This document shows, piece by piece, positions 39,409 to 49,540 of a stretch of 64,000 bases of DNA. A program made the translations under genes and the position numbers. Location of the stretch: positions 1,632,001-1,696,000 of the forward strand of contig CAVXGK010000001.1 in NCBI GenBank assembly GCA_963761305.1. The letters run 5' to 3'. Within the stretch, counting starts at the first letter, position 1; each line of letters opens with the position of its first letter. The DNA is from an uncultured Gemmatimonadaceae bacterium (GTDB lineage Bacteria > Gemmatimonadota > Gemmatimonadetes > Gemmatimonadales > Gemmatimonadaceae). The notes under the pieces are model-generated. The model did no database searches. It worked only from the letters and a program-made list of their open reading frames with translations, and had not been told where the DNA came from.

Positions 39409-41808
39409 TCACTCGCCGTACGGGACCCACACGTTCTTCACTTGCGTTGCCGCCCGTAGAAACTCGCGGCCTTCGCCTTCGGTTCGGTCGAGCCAGTCGC
39501 GACCGTGCCACGTCGCCCAGGTGCGTTTCATGTTGGAGGCGGATGCCAGTTCGACGATTTTGACCCCCTCTTGGTGACCGAAATACCACGCGGCCTCGAC
39601 GTCGTCGTGCTCGGCCAGCACCTTCGAGAGGGAATCCTTGTCGCCCGTCACGATGTTGATCACCCCGCCCGGGACGTCGGACGTCTCCAGCACCGAGTAG
39701 AAATCAGTCGCGGCGAGCGGATGGCGCTGCGACGGGATCACGATCGTCGTGTTGCCCGTCGCCACGGCCGGCCCCACGAGCGAGACGAGACCGAGCAACG
39801 GCATTTCGTCCGGACAGGCGATGCCGATCACACCGATCGGCTCGTTCATCGCGATCGACACGCCGCGGATCGGTACGCTGTGCACCGCGCCGTCGTACTT
39901 GTCGGCCCAGGCGGCATAAGTGAACAAGCGCGAGATCGACGCGTCGACTTCGCGTCTCGCGCGCCGCCCGCCACACTCCGTCATGTCGTCGATGCGCCCC
40001 GCGAACTCCCTGGCGCGCGCCGACAGGTTCTCGGCGACGTAGTAGAGAATCTGTCCGCGGTTGTGGCCGGTCGAGCGCGCCCAGGCCGTTGCCGCGGCGT
40101 GCGCCGCTTCGACGGCGTTGCGAATGTCCTTGCGATTTCCTTCCGGCGATTCGCCGACGACCTTCCCCGATGGGGAGACGATGCGTCGCGTGTAGCCCTG
40201 ATCCGGACGCATCTGCTTGCCACCGATGAACAGTTTCGGCGTGCGGTCGATGTCGGGGCCCTGATCCCCGGCCTCCGCCCTCGGCGCGACGGCAAGGCCG
40301 CCGTCGAGCGATGGCTTCGTTGCCTCGGCGACCGACGCCTTGTGGCTCGTGATTGGCCGCAAGTACTCCCACATTCCCTCGCGTCCACCCTCGCGGCCGA
40401 ATCCGCTCTCGCGATAGCCGCCGAATCCCGCGGCCGCGTCGAACAGGTTCGTCGAGTTCACCCACACCACGCCCGCCTTGATCTTGGGCGCGATGTCGAG
40501 TGCGAGGTTGATGCTCTCCGTCCACACGCTCGCCGCGAGACCGTACGGCGTGTTGTTCGCAAGCGCGATCGATTCGTCCGGCGTTCGGAACGTCATCGTC
40601 ACCAGCACCGGACCGAAGATCTCCACCTGCGCGATCGTCGACGACGGCTGCACGTCGGTGAACAACGTGGGAGGATAGAAGTATCCCTCGGTCGGACACG
40701 CCCACGACGGCTGCCACATCGTCGCGCCTTCGTCGACGCCCTGCTTCACCAGGCCGCGAATGCGCTCGAGCTGCACCGGCGCGACGATCGCGCCCATGTC
40801 CACCGCCTTGTCGAGCGGTGCGCCGAGTCGAAGCTTCTCCATCCGCGCACGCAGCTTGTTCACCAGCCGCTCGGCCACGCCTCCCTGCACGAGGAGGCGC
40901 GAGCCGGCGCAGCACACCTGGCCCTGATTGAACCAGATCGCGTCGACCACGCCCTCCACCACACCGTCGAGATCCGCGTCGTCATAGACGATGAACGGAC
41001 TCTTTCCGCCGAGCTCGAGGCTCAGCTTCTTGCCCGAGCCGGCCGTCGCGCGGCGGATGATCCGACCGACCTCGGTCGATCCGGTGAATGCGATCTTGTC
41101 GACGTCCGGGTGCTCGACCATCGCGGCGCCGGTCGACCCGTCGCCCGTGATGATGTTGACTACGCCGGCTGGCAGGCCGGCCTGTTCGACGATTTCCGCG
41201 AACGCGAGCGCCGTCATCGGAGTGAATTCGGCGGGCTTGAGAATCACTGTATTACCGGCTGCCAACGCCGGCGCGATCTTCCACGCCAGCATGAGCAGTG
41301 GGAAGTTCCACGGAATGATCTGGCCGACGACGCCGACCGCTTCGTAGCCGGCGAACTCCGTGTCGAGCAGCTGCGCCCAACCCGCGTGGTGGTAGAAATG
41401 CCGGGCGACGAGTGGGATGTCGATGTCGCGCGTCTCGCGAATCGACTTGCCGTTGTCCATGGTCTCGAGCACGGCGAGCAACCGCGAATGTTTCTGCACG
41501 CCGCGCGCGAGCGCGTACAGGTAGCGCGCCCGCGCGTGCGGGGTGAGCGCCTTCCACTTGGGGAGCGCGACGCGCGCCGCCCGCACCGCGGCGTCGACTT
41601 CGGCCGCGGTTCCGCTCGTGACCCGGGCGATCGTCTTGGCCGTCGAGGGATTGATCACCTCGAACATCGAACCCGGTTCGGTCCACGCGCCGGCGATGTA
41701 GTGGCCGAACACGCGTTCGTGTCTGCCGAGCCAGGCGAGCGCTTCCTTGTCGCTCTCCGGCGCCGGCCCGTACTCCATCGTTTGAAAGATTTCAGCGACG
41801 GTGGTCAT
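39409..41808 (-). CDS. Aldehyde dehydrogenase, ALDH16-like (extra C-terminal Rossmann-like domain)
   Basis: IIPWNFP, FTGSTEVG, ELGGKSP, GQVCCAG, EIFGP, plus a degenerate second ALDH-like domain (799 aa). Confidence 0.92.
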   Translation of the reverse strand: MTTVAEIFQTMEYGPAPESDKEALAWLGRHERVFGHYIAGAWTEPGSMFEVINPSTAKTIARVTSGTAAEVDAAVRAARVALPKWKALTPHARARYLYALARGVQKHSRLLAVLETMDNGKSIRETRDIDIPLVARHFYHHAGWAQLLDTEFAGYEAVGVVGQIIPWNFPLLMLAWKIAPALAAGNTVILKPAEFTPMTALAFAEIVEQAGLPAGVVNIITGDGSTGAAMVEHPDVDKIAFTGSTEVGRIIRRATAGSGKKLSLELGGKSPFIVYDDADLDGVVEGVVDAIWFNQGQVCCAGSRLLVQGGVAERLVNKLRARMEKLRLGAPLDKAVDMGAIVAPVQLERIRGLVKQGVDEGATMWQPSWACPTEGYFYPPTLFTDVQPSSTIAQVEIFGPVLVTMTFRTPDESIALANNTPYGLAASVWTESINLALDIAPKIKAGVVWVNSTNLFDAAAGFGGYRESGFGREGGREGMWEYLRPITSHKASVAEATKPSLDGGLAVAPRAEAGDQGPDIDRTPKLFIGGKQMRPDQGYTRRIVSPSGKVVGESPEGNRKDIRNAVEAAHAAATAWARSTGHNRGQILYYVAENLSARAREFAGRIDDMTECGGRRARREVDASISRLFTYAAWADKYDGAVHSVPIRGVSIAMNEPIGVIGIACPDEMPLLGLVSLVGPAVATGNTTIVIPSQRHPLAATDFYSVLETSDVPGGVINIVTGDKDSLSKVLAEHDDVEAAWYFGHQEGVKIVELASASNMKRTWATWHGRDWLDRTEGEGREFLRAATQVKNVWVPYGE

Positions 41809-41939
41809 TTCGGAGAGGAACGAGTGCGGGGGCGGGGGTGGGGACGGGGTGCGGAGACCTGGAACGGGTGCAGGGGCGCGGCGGGATCATCGCGCGTCGG
41901 TCACCGCACACCGCCGCCGCTCTCCGCACTTGGCCGCCC

Positions 41940-42947
41940 TCACTGCATCGGTTGGTGGTGCGCGGCGGCGTACCGGCCGGTCACGAAGTGCTCGAGCTGT
42001 CGTTCGATGTCGGTGAGGAGCGAGCTGGCGCCGAACCGGAACAGGTCGGCGCGGAGCCAGCGATCGCCTAATTCCTCTTTCATCAAATAGAGATACTCGA
42101 GCGCGTTCTTGGCCGAGCGAATCCCGCCGGCGGGCTTGAAGCCGACGGCGTAGCCGGTGCGCTCGAAGTATTCGCGGATCATCCGGCACATCACTACACC
42201 GAAGGGCAATGTCGCGTTCACGCCTTCCTTGCCGGTCGACGTCTTGATGAAGTCGGCGCCGGCCTGCATCGCAACCATGCTCGCGCGGGCGACGTTGCCG
42301 AGCGTGGCGAGCTCGCCGGTGGCAAGGATGGCCTTCATGTGCGCGTCGCCGCACGCCTCGCGGAAGCGGCGCACTTCGTCGTAGAGCGCCTCGTAGTTGC
42401 CGGTGAGCACGTGGCCGCGCGTGATGACGATGTCGATCTCCCGCGCGCCGGCCTTCACGCTGGCGTGAATCTCTGCAATCCGCTGCTCGATCGGGCTCAA
42501 TCCGGCCGGGAATCCCGTCGAGACAGCGGCGACAGGAATGTCCGAGCCGGCAAGTGCGTCCACCGCCGTCTCGACGAGCGAGTGGTAGACGCAGACAGCA
42601 CCGACGTGAATCCCGAGTTGGTCCGCACCGAGTGAGCGCGAGAGATCGTCGCGCAGCGGGTGACGTGCCTTCGCGCAGAGACGGCGAACGTTTCCCGGCG
42701 TGTCGTCGCCCGAGAGCGTGGTCAGGTCGATGAGCGTGATGGCGCGCAGTAGCCACGCCGCCTGCCACTCTTTCTTCACAGTGCGACGCGTCGGAATCGT
42801 CGCCGCGCGCCGTTCCACGGCACTTCGGTTCACCCGGATCGCGCGCACCGCGTCGAGATCGAGCGCCATGCCAGGATTGCGCTCGACGTGATCGGCGGGG
42901 AGCGGCCGCGGCGTCGTGATCAGGGTGAGCGTCGGCTTGGCGGTCAT
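41940..42947 (-). CDS. deoC: Deoxyribose-phosphate aldolase
   Basis: IDLTTLSGDDT, STGFPAG, EIDIV, DFIKTSTGK, GFKPAGGI, FRFGASSLL. Confidence 0.95.
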   Translation of the reverse strand: MTAKPTLTLITTPRPLPADHVERNPGMALDLDAVRAIRVNRSAVERRAATIPTRRTVKKEWQAAWLLRAITLIDLTTLSGDDTPGNVRRLCAKARHPLRDDLSRSLGADQLGIHVGAVCVYHSLVETAVDALAGSDIPVAAVSTGFPAGLSPIEQRIAEIHASVKAGAREIDIVITRGHVLTGNYEALYDEVRRFREACGDAHMKAILATGELATLGNVARASMVAMQAGADFIKTSTGKEGVNATLPFGVVMCRMIREYFERTGYAVGFKPAGGIRSAKNALEYLYLMKEELGDRWLRADLFRFGASSLLTDIERQLEHFVTGRYAAAHHQPMQ

Positions 42948-43003
42948 GACCGCTCCAATGTACTTCGGGGTTTCGAGAAGGGTAGAACGAACGCGCTCCA
43001 ACC

Positions 43004-44440
43004 CTACGGAGGGGAGCCTGGAACCCCATTGACCACGAGCACCGGCGCCAGATTGGCCGCGCGGAGCACCGGCTCCAGCACTCGGCGGTCTCCCGTGACG
43101 ACGATCACGAGGTGGTCGAGATCTACACACCGGGCACCGGCCTCGGCAGCCTCGGCCACGGTGAGCAACGACATCCCGCTCGCATATCGATCGAAGTAGT
43201 CGGGCGACAGTCCGTCGCGCGCGATCTCGACCAGCCGTGCCGCGATCGAGTCAGGTCCGTCGACGCGTGCCGGCAGCGAGGCAAGACGATTGCGGCGAAC
43301 CGCGGCGAGCTCGTCGGCTGTGGGCTGCCGCGTGGTGCGCAACTCCCGCAGAATCCGAAGCCACTCGGCCAGCGCGCTGTCCACCTTCTGCGCGCTCACG
43401 ACGGTGCTGCCAACGAACGCGCCGTCGCTGCCCGTGCGGCGAAACGTGAGGCCGGTCGCACCCGAATACATGAAAGAGCGTTTCTCGCGGAGCGTCTCCT
43501 GAAGGCGGGCGGACGCAACCGCGGCAAACGCGTCGGTCGCGATGGCGTCCGACGAGCTTCGCGACGGTCCCCGGTTGCCCACGTAGAGGTACGCCTGCGT
43601 TCCGGCATTCGGCACGTCCTGCAGGTACACGCGCGTGTCGTTCCTGGCGACGGTCTGGATATCCGAATCGCGCGACTCGCGTCGCGCCTGCCAGCCGCCG
43701 AACGCTCGGGTGACCGCGGCGAGCGCCACCGAATCGGTCACGTCGCCGGCGATGGTCACGGTCGTGCTGCCCGGACCGAAGAACGTGTCGTAGAAGCGCG
43801 TCACGTCGCCGCGCGTGATCGACGCAACCGACGCTTCGGTCGGCACGAGCGAGCGTACGTACGCGTCGTTGGCGCCGTACACCATTCCGTAGAACAGATG
43901 CCGCGGAATGGTGACTGGTGCCTGCGTGATGCGGCGCGCCACCGCCGCGTGCATCCCTTTGCGTCGCTCGATCGCCGCCGAATCGAACGCCGGGTGCGTG
44001 AGCATCTCCGCCATGAGCCCGAGCGCCGGTTCGAATGCGCTCGTGATGGTCGTGAAGCCGGTCGGCGCGACGCTCGTGCCGATCGCCGCCGCGGCGCCTG
44101 CGAGGTCGTCCGCGGTTCGCTTCGTCGACCCTTCGCGCAGCGCGCCGAGCGTCACGGCGAAGAGCCCTTCTTTACCGAGCGGGTCCGCCAACGAGTCGGC
44201 ACCGACGACCGCGCGAACGGCGACGACCGGAACCGAGTGATCCTCGACGACGAGGAGTCGGACGCCGTTTGGGAGCGTGTGCGCATGAATCGCCGGGAAC
44301 GTGAACAGCGGAAGCGGCGGCACGCTCGGCCGAACCGCGCGATCGACCTGCTGCGCGGACGGCGTCGTGGCCAGCGACAGGAGAAGTAGCAGCCCACCCC
44401 GTCCACCCGTCCACCTGTCCACCTGTCCACCCGTCCTCAC
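43004..44440 (-). CDS. M16 family peptidase-like subunit (no HXXEH seen, probably non-catalytic)
   Basis: TLPNGVRLLVVEDHSVPVV, RLQETLREKR. GTGA overlap with the upstream gene; start is uncertain. Confidence 0.8.
   Translation of the reverse strand: MRTGGQVDRWTGGRGGLLLLLSLATTPSAQQVDRAVRPSVPPLPLFTFPAIHAHTLPNGVRLLVVEDHSVPVVAVRAVVGADSLADPLGKEGLFAVTLGALREGSTKRTADDLAGAAAAIGTSVAPTGFTTITSAFEPALGLMAEMLTHPAFDSAAIERRKGMHAAVARRITQAPVTIPRHLFYGMVYGANDAYVRSLVPTEASVASITRGDVTRFYDTFFGPGSTTVTIAGDVTDSVALAAVTRAFGGWQARRESRDSDIQTVARNDTRVYLQDVPNAGTQAYLYVGNRGPSRSSSDAIATDAFAAVASARLQETLREKRSFMYSGATGLTFRRTGSDGAFVGSTVVSAQKVDSALAEWLRILRELRTTRQPTADELAAVRRNRLASLPARVDGPDSIAARLVEIARDGLSPDYFDRYASGMSLLTVAEAAEAGARCVDLDHLVIVVTGDRRVLEPVLRAANLAPVLVVNGVPGSPP
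44401..44436. repeat. Octamer tandem repeat GTCCACCY x4.5
   Basis: GTCCACCC GTCCACCT GTCCACCT GTCCACCC GTCC. Confidence 0.8.
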
Positions 44441-45879
44441 GGCCGCACCGCTCCCTGGGGCGTGACGTTGGTATACGGCGCGTTCGGCTTGCTGATCAGA
44501 TCGAGCTTGCCGGCCGGAACGAGACTCATCACGACGCAACCCGCCGATAGGTATTTGTGAATCGCAGCGTGCACGTCGGTCGGGGTGAGGCCGAGTGCTG
44601 CGTTCGCCTGCTCGGCGTACGACGATGGATTGCCGGTGAACATCTGATCGTGGGCGAGCGTGTCGGCGCGCGCGAACTCGAGCTGCAGCGAGGTCGCAGC
44701 GTTCACGCGGTTGTACGCATTGAACCGCGCGATTTCTTGCGGCGTCACCGGCGAACCGGCGAACGACGCGATCGTGCTGTCGACGAGCTGCTCGATCAGC
44801 GTCATCGACGCCCCGGGGCGCGGCAGCACGACGATCTCGAACACCCCGGATTTTTCGAGATCCTTGTCGTCGGCCGTCACGCTCGTCGCGAGCTGTCGAT
44901 CGGTCACGAGGAGCTTCGAGAGCCGCCCGAACCGCGGCAGCGCAAGCGCGGAGGCGGCGGCGAGGAGCGCCATCCGATCGGGACTGGCGTATGCCGCGCC
45001 GCGCCAGGCGACGTAGAGCTGTGGTTGCGTCGCGCGCGCATCCTCGAGGACGAGACGCCGTTCGCCGACGAGCGGTGCGGCGTCGGCCTCCGGCCGCGCG
45101 ACCGGCGCGCCTCGCGGAATGCTCCCGAAATACTTCTCGATCATCGAGCGGGCGGATGCCGGCGCGAAGTCGCCGCTGATGGCGAGCACCGCGTTGTTCG
45201 GGACGTAGAACGGCAGACACGTCGCGCGCGCGTCGGCGTACGACGACGCCGGCGGCGACTGGGGCGTCAGGTGATACGGATGGCCGGCCGGAAAGAGCGC
45301 GCCGGAGATGATCTCCCGGTACGTGCCGAACGGAACGTTGTCGATCGTTTGCCGGCGCTCCTGATCGACCAAGCGACGCACCGACGCAACGCGTTGCGAA
45401 TCGAGGTTCGCCATCGGCGCGGCCATCCGATCCGACTCCGCCCAGAGCACGGTTTCGAGCTCGGTGCTCGGGACGGTGATGTAGTACTCCGTCACGTCTT
45501 CGGTCGTTTCCGCGAAGCGCGTCGACGTCCCGCCGATCGAGCGGTAGAACGGCTGCTGCGGCTGGTCGAGATGCGGCGAGCCCTGTGACATCAGGTGCTC
45601 GCAGAGATGAGCTACTCCCGGCTGATTCGGCTTGTCGTCCTTCGAGCCGACGTGGTACCACAGCTGTACGCTCACGATCGGGGTTGCGTGGTTCTCGTTG
45701 AGGATCGCCACGAGTCCGTTCGCGAGCGTGAACCGCGTATAGGCGAGAGGCTTCAAAGGCGGCGTCTGCGCCGCCGAAATCGGGGAAGCCAACGAGCCGA
45801 ACAGCAGGGCGATTCGGCCGTTGCGAATCAGGTGTCCGCATCGGGCAAAGAATGGGAACAATCGTCGCCCCTGATTCAT
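44437..45879 (-). CDS. M16 family zinc peptidase (catalytic subunit)
   Basis: TLANGL, WYHVGS, AHLCEHLM (HXXEH), LWAESDRM, FYVPNNA; start is uncertain. Confidence 0.88.
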   Translation of the reverse strand: MNQGRRLFPFFARCGHLIRNGRIALLFGSLASPISAAQTPPLKPLAYTRFTLANGLVAILNENHATPIVSVQLWYHVGSKDDKPNQPGVAHLCEHLMSQGSPHLDQPQQPFYRSIGGTSTRFAETTEDVTEYYITVPSTELETVLWAESDRMAAPMANLDSQRVASVRRLVDQERRQTIDNVPFGTYREIISGALFPAGHPYHLTPQSPPASSYADARATCLPFYVPNNAVLAISGDFAPASARSMIEKYFGSIPRGAPVARPEADAAPLVGERRLVLEDARATQPQLYVAWRGAAYASPDRMALLAAASALALPRFGRLSKLLVTDRQLATSVTADDKDLEKSGVFEIVVLPRPGASMTLIEQLVDSTIASFAGSPVTPQEIARFNAYNRVNAATSLQLEFARADTLAHDQMFTGNPSSYAEQANAALGLTPTDVHAAIHKYLSAGCVVMSLVPAGKLDLISKPNAPYTNVTPQGAVRP

Positions 45880-45940
45880 AGATTCAAGATACAGGAGAAC
45901 AGCCTTTTCCCACCCACCCCCTCGCCCGCTCAAACTCAGA

Positions 45941-48016
45941 ATGCCCATCAGATCAACGCTTCTCCAGCTCCTCGCCGCCGGGGCACTGGTCGCGGCGCCC
46001 GCCGGGGCACAGCAGACCGCGTCTGTCCCGATGTCGAAATCGGCGCCCAAGGCGCTCGACCGCGCCAACCTCGACACGACCTGTGAGGCGTGCGCCGACT
46101 TCTACACGTTCGCCAACGGCGGTTGGCTCAAGCACACGACCATTCCCGCCAAGTACGGCGAATGGGGCGCGTTCGACCAGTTGCAGGACCAGAACGAGAC
46201 GATCGTACGGGAGATCGTAGAAGCGGCGGCGGCCGACGTGAAATCAGGCAAGGCGAAGGCGCCCTCAAACCAGTTCAAGATTGGCGCGTTCTTCGCGGCC
46301 TGCATGGACACCGCGGCGATCGAAGCACTCGGCACCAAGCCGATCGCCGCGTCGATGGCGCGGATCGCCGAGATCAAATCGTCGGCGGATCTGCCGGCGG
46401 CGCTCACGATCCTGGAGAAGTCGGACGGTCTGGCTCCGTTCGGCGTCGGGGCCGGCCCTGACCTCAAGAACTCCGATCGCATCATCGCGAGTGCCGGACA
46501 AGGCGGGCTCAGCCTGCCGGAGAAGAAATATTACATCTCGCAGGATACCAGCATGCAGGGCATCCGCGAGAAGTTCGAGAAGCACGTCGCTGCCATGTTC
46601 AAGCTCGACGGCGAGAGCGACGCCGCGGCTGCCACGCACGCGAAGACGGTCCTCGAGGTCGAAACGAAATTCGCTGGCGCGTCGATGGATCGAGTGACGA
46701 TGCGCAATCCGGACGCGACCTACCACGTGATGTCCGTCGCGCAGTTCGATTCGATCGCGCCACACATCAAGTGGGAAACGTTCCTGACGACGATGGGCGC
46801 GCCGGCAGACCTCCACACGATCAACGTCTCGCAGCCCGACTTTTTCAAGGCGGTGGACGGCTTCCTCACGTCGATTCCGGTCGCCGACTGGAAGACGCTG
46901 CTCCGCTGGCGGCTGCTCAACACGTCCGCGTCGCGCCTGCCGAAACGTTTCGCGGACGAAGACTTCGCGTTTCGCAAGATCTTCACCGGTCAGAAGGAAC
47001 GCCTTCCCCGCTGGCAAACGTGCGAGCGCAACACCGACGGCGCGCTCGGCGAAGCGGTCGGTCAGGAGTACGTCGAACGCACGTTCACGCCGGCCGCCAA
47101 GGCACGCGCGAAGGCGATCGTCGACAACATGGTCTCGGTGCTGCGCGACCAGATCGGCCAGCTCGACTGGATGAGTGATACGACGAAGCAGCAGGCGCTC
47201 ATCAAGCTCGACGCGTTCACGCGCAAGATCGGCTACCCCGACAAGTGGCGCGACTACTCGAAGCTCGAGGTACGCGTCGGTGAGTACTACGGGAATTCCA
47301 AGCACCTCTCCGACTGGGCCGCGGCACGCAACTGGGCGAAAGTCGGCAAGCCGGTCGACCGGACCGAGTGGGGCATGACGCCCCCGGCGGTGAACGCGTA
47401 CTACAACCCGACCTGGAACGAGATCGTCTTCCCCGCCGGCATCCTCCAGCCGCCGTTCTACGACCCGAACGCCGACGACGGCGTGAACTACGGCGCGATG
47501 GGCGCGGTGATCGGCCACGAGATGTCGCACGGGTTCGACGACCAGGGCCGCCGCTTCGACGCCAAGGGCAACCTGCGCGACTGGTGGACGAAGAGCGACG
47601 CCGACAAATACAACGCCCAAGCGCAGCGCGTCGTCGAGCAGTTCAATGCCTACACCATCGTCGATTCGACGACCCACGTGAACGGCAAGCTCACGCTCGG
47701 CGAGAACATCGGCGACCTGGGTGGATTGAAGATCGCGTATCTCGCGCTCGAGAGGTCACTGAAAGAGCATGGACGCCCCGCGAACATCGACGGGTTCACA
47801 CCCGAGCAGCGTTTCTTCCTCGGCTGGGCGCAGGTGTGGCGCACGTTGCAGAGCGATGAAGGCGCCAAGGCACAGGTGAACAACGACCCGCACGCACCCG
47901 CCAAATGGCGCGTCAACGGACCGCTGAGCAACATGCCGGAGTTCAAAGCCGCCTGGGGCTGCAAGGACGGCGACGCCATGGTGCGCCCGGATAGTCTCCG
48001 CGCGCGGATCTGGTAA
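45941..48016 (+). CDS. M13 family (PepO/neprilysin-like) metallopeptidase
   Basis: Signal peptide, VNAYY, FPAGILQ, GHEMSHGFD, GENIGD. Confidence 0.95.
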   Translation: MPIRSTLLQLLAAGALVAAPAGAQQTASVPMSKSAPKALDRANLDTTCEACADFYTFANGGWLKHTTIPAKYGEWGAFDQLQDQNETIVREIVEAAAADVKSGKAKAPSNQFKIGAFFAACMDTAAIEALGTKPIAASMARIAEIKSSADLPAALTILEKSDGLAPFGVGAGPDLKNSDRIIASAGQGGLSLPEKKYYISQDTSMQGIREKFEKHVAAMFKLDGESDAAAATHAKTVLEVETKFAGASMDRVTMRNPDATYHVMSVAQFDSIAPHIKWETFLTTMGAPADLHTINVSQPDFFKAVDGFLTSIPVADWKTLLRWRLLNTSASRLPKRFADEDFAFRKIFTGQKERLPRWQTCERNTDGALGEAVGQEYVERTFTPAAKARAKAIVDNMVSVLRDQIGQLDWMSDTTKQQALIKLDAFTRKIGYPDKWRDYSKLEVRVGEYYGNSKHLSDWAAARNWAKVGKPVDRTEWGMTPPAVNAYYNPTWNEIVFPAGILQPPFYDPNADDGVNYGAMGAVIGHEMSHGFDDQGRRFDAKGNLRDWWTKSDADKYNAQAQRVVEQFNAYTIVDSTTHVNGKLTLGENIGDLGGLKIAYLALERSLKEHGRPANIDGFTPEQRFFLGWAQVWRTLQSDEGAKAQVNNDPHAPAKWRVNGPLSNMPEFKAAWGCKDGDAMVRPDSLRARIW

Positions 48017-48262
48017 CTACAACTGCTCAACGCAGAGACGCGGAGAACGCAGAGAACAACCGCGGAGGCCGGCTCCATTGCGCGACGAGCCGGGATGTTT
48101 TTTGTGAACAGCCGCTCGGGATACTTCCACACACCAGGAAGATTCCACGTAACGCGATGCATCCCGAGCGGCTGTTCCCCCAAAATCACGGCTCGTTGCG
48201 CGACGAAGCTTGCCTCAGCGGCAGTTCTCTGCGCTCTCTGCGTCTTGTGCGTTGAAGCAGTT
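48015..48262. repeat. Nested inverted-repeat element, copy 4
   Basis: Begins in the TAA of the M13 gene; lies between the convergent M13 and metK genes. Confidence 0.85.
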
Positions 48263-48299
48263 CGGTAAACGCCCCGACAGAGCGGCCTACCGACCGGCC

Positions 48300-49385
48300 C
48301 TACGCTTCCCAGCTGAGCGACGGCTTTCCGAAGTGCCCGTAATTGGTCGTCTGGCGGTAAATCGGGCGCCGCAGCGCCAGTCGTTCGATCATCGCCTCGG
48401 GACGATAGTCGAATGTGCGCACGAAGTCCGCGGCCGCACCGACATCGCCGGTACCGAACGTGTCCACGCGCACCGACACCGGCTCGGCGCGTCCGATCGC
48501 GTAGGCGACCTGTACCTCGGCGCGTGACGCGAGCTTGTTGCGCACGACCTGTCGCGCGACGTAGCGGCCGAAGTACGCGCCGCTGCGATCCACCTTCGAC
48601 GGATCCTTGCCGCTGAACGCGCCGCCGCCGTGGCGGCCCATGCCGCCGTATGAATCGACGATGATCTTCCGGCCCGTCACGCCGCAATCGGCCGACGGCC
48701 CGCCTTCGATGAATTGCCCCGTGGGATTGACGAGGATCTCGACGTGCGGCCCGAACCACGGGCCGAGTACTTCGGGGAGGAGACAGCTCGCGACGTAGTC
48801 GCGGATCTCGTCGTGCGTCGCGTCCTTGGTGTGCTGCGTGGAGACGAGCACCGTCTCGACACGCACCGGGCGATTGTGTTCGTAGCGAACACTGACCTGC
48901 GTCTTCGAGTCGGGTCGGAGCCACGCGCGTTCACCCTGCTTGCGCGCCGCGGCGAGTCGTTGGGAAAGCCGGTGCGCGAGCTGCACCGGCAAGGGCATGA
49001 GCTCGGGCGTCTCGTCGGTCGCGTAGCCGAACATGATTCCCTGATCGCCCGCGCCGCCCGTGTCGACGCCCATCGCGATGTCACCCGATTGCTTCGAGAT
49101 GAATTGCGTCACTCGTACGCCGTCGGCGTTGAACGCTTCGCGCGGATCGACGTAGCCGATCTCGCGGATCGCACCGCGTGCCACCGCCTCGTAGTCGACG
49201 TTCTGGTCCGACGTGATTTCCCCGGCCAGGACGACTTCGCCGCTCTTGCAGAGCACTTCGCAGGCGACGCGGCTTCTTGGATCACCCGCGAGATGCGCGT
49301 CGAGGATCGAGTCGGCGATGAAGTCGCAGACTTTGTCGGGATGCCCTTCGCTGACGGACTCGGACGTGAACGTGTAAGAGCTCAT
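48300..49385 (-). CDS. metK: S-adenosylmethionine synthetase
   Basis: FTSESVSEGHPDK, GAGDQG, TGRKIIVD, GGGAFSGKDPSKVDRS. Confidence 0.97.
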   Translation of the reverse strand: MSSYTFTSESVSEGHPDKVCDFIADSILDAHLAGDPRSRVACEVLCKSGEVVLAGEITSDQNVDYEAVARGAIREIGYVDPREAFNADGVRVTQFISKQSGDIAMGVDTGGAGDQGIMFGYATDETPELMPLPVQLAHRLSQRLAAARKQGERAWLRPDSKTQVSVRYEHNRPVRVETVLVSTQHTKDATHDEIRDYVASCLLPEVLGPWFGPHVEILVNPTGQFIEGGPSADCGVTGRKIIVDSYGGMGRHGGGAFSGKDPSKVDRSGAYFGRYVARQVVRNKLASRAEVQVAYAIGRAEPVSVRVDTFGTGDVGAAADFVRTFDYRPEAMIERLALRRPIYRQTTNYGHFGKPSLSWEA

Positions 49386-49423
49386 ACGAACTCCCATCCT
49401 CGAATCGCTCGTGACGAGCGAAC

Positions 49424-49454
49424 AAAAAAGGCCCCGACGATTTCGTCGTGGGCC
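49424..49454 (-). terminator. Intrinsic terminator in the metK leader (riboswitch expression platform)
   Basis: GGCCC-A-CGACG-AAAT-CGTCG-GGGCC followed by TTTTTT on the minus strand. Confidence 0.8.
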
Positions 49455-49467
49455 CGAAGGCATCCGA

Positions 49468-49535
49468 CGACTTAGACGGGTTTTTCCGGAGGCTTGCCGG
49501 CGCGCGGCCCGTCAAATCGGGGAAATCGCCGCGCG
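49468..49535 (-). ncRNA. SAM-II/SAM-V-like pseudoknot riboswitch aptamer
   Basis: P1 CGCGCGGC/GCCGCGCG, L1 GAUUU, P2 CGAUUUGACGG/CCGUC-U-AAGUCG with bulged U, A-rich L3; lies upstream of metK. Confidence 0.7.
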
Positions 49536-49540
49536 AGTGC

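Noticed and set aside
39505..42090. Long antisense ORFs (861 aa here; also 5425-7266, 37430-39577, 54072-55982 and others)
   Set aside because: Shadows of real genes caused by GC-rich codon bias; Arg-rich and without recognisable motifs.
44441..45841. N-terminal extension of the 945-aa ORF, suggesting a single fused M16 gene
   Set aside because: It overlaps the catalytic M16 gene in another frame. A GTGA junction and a second signal peptide indicate two genes.
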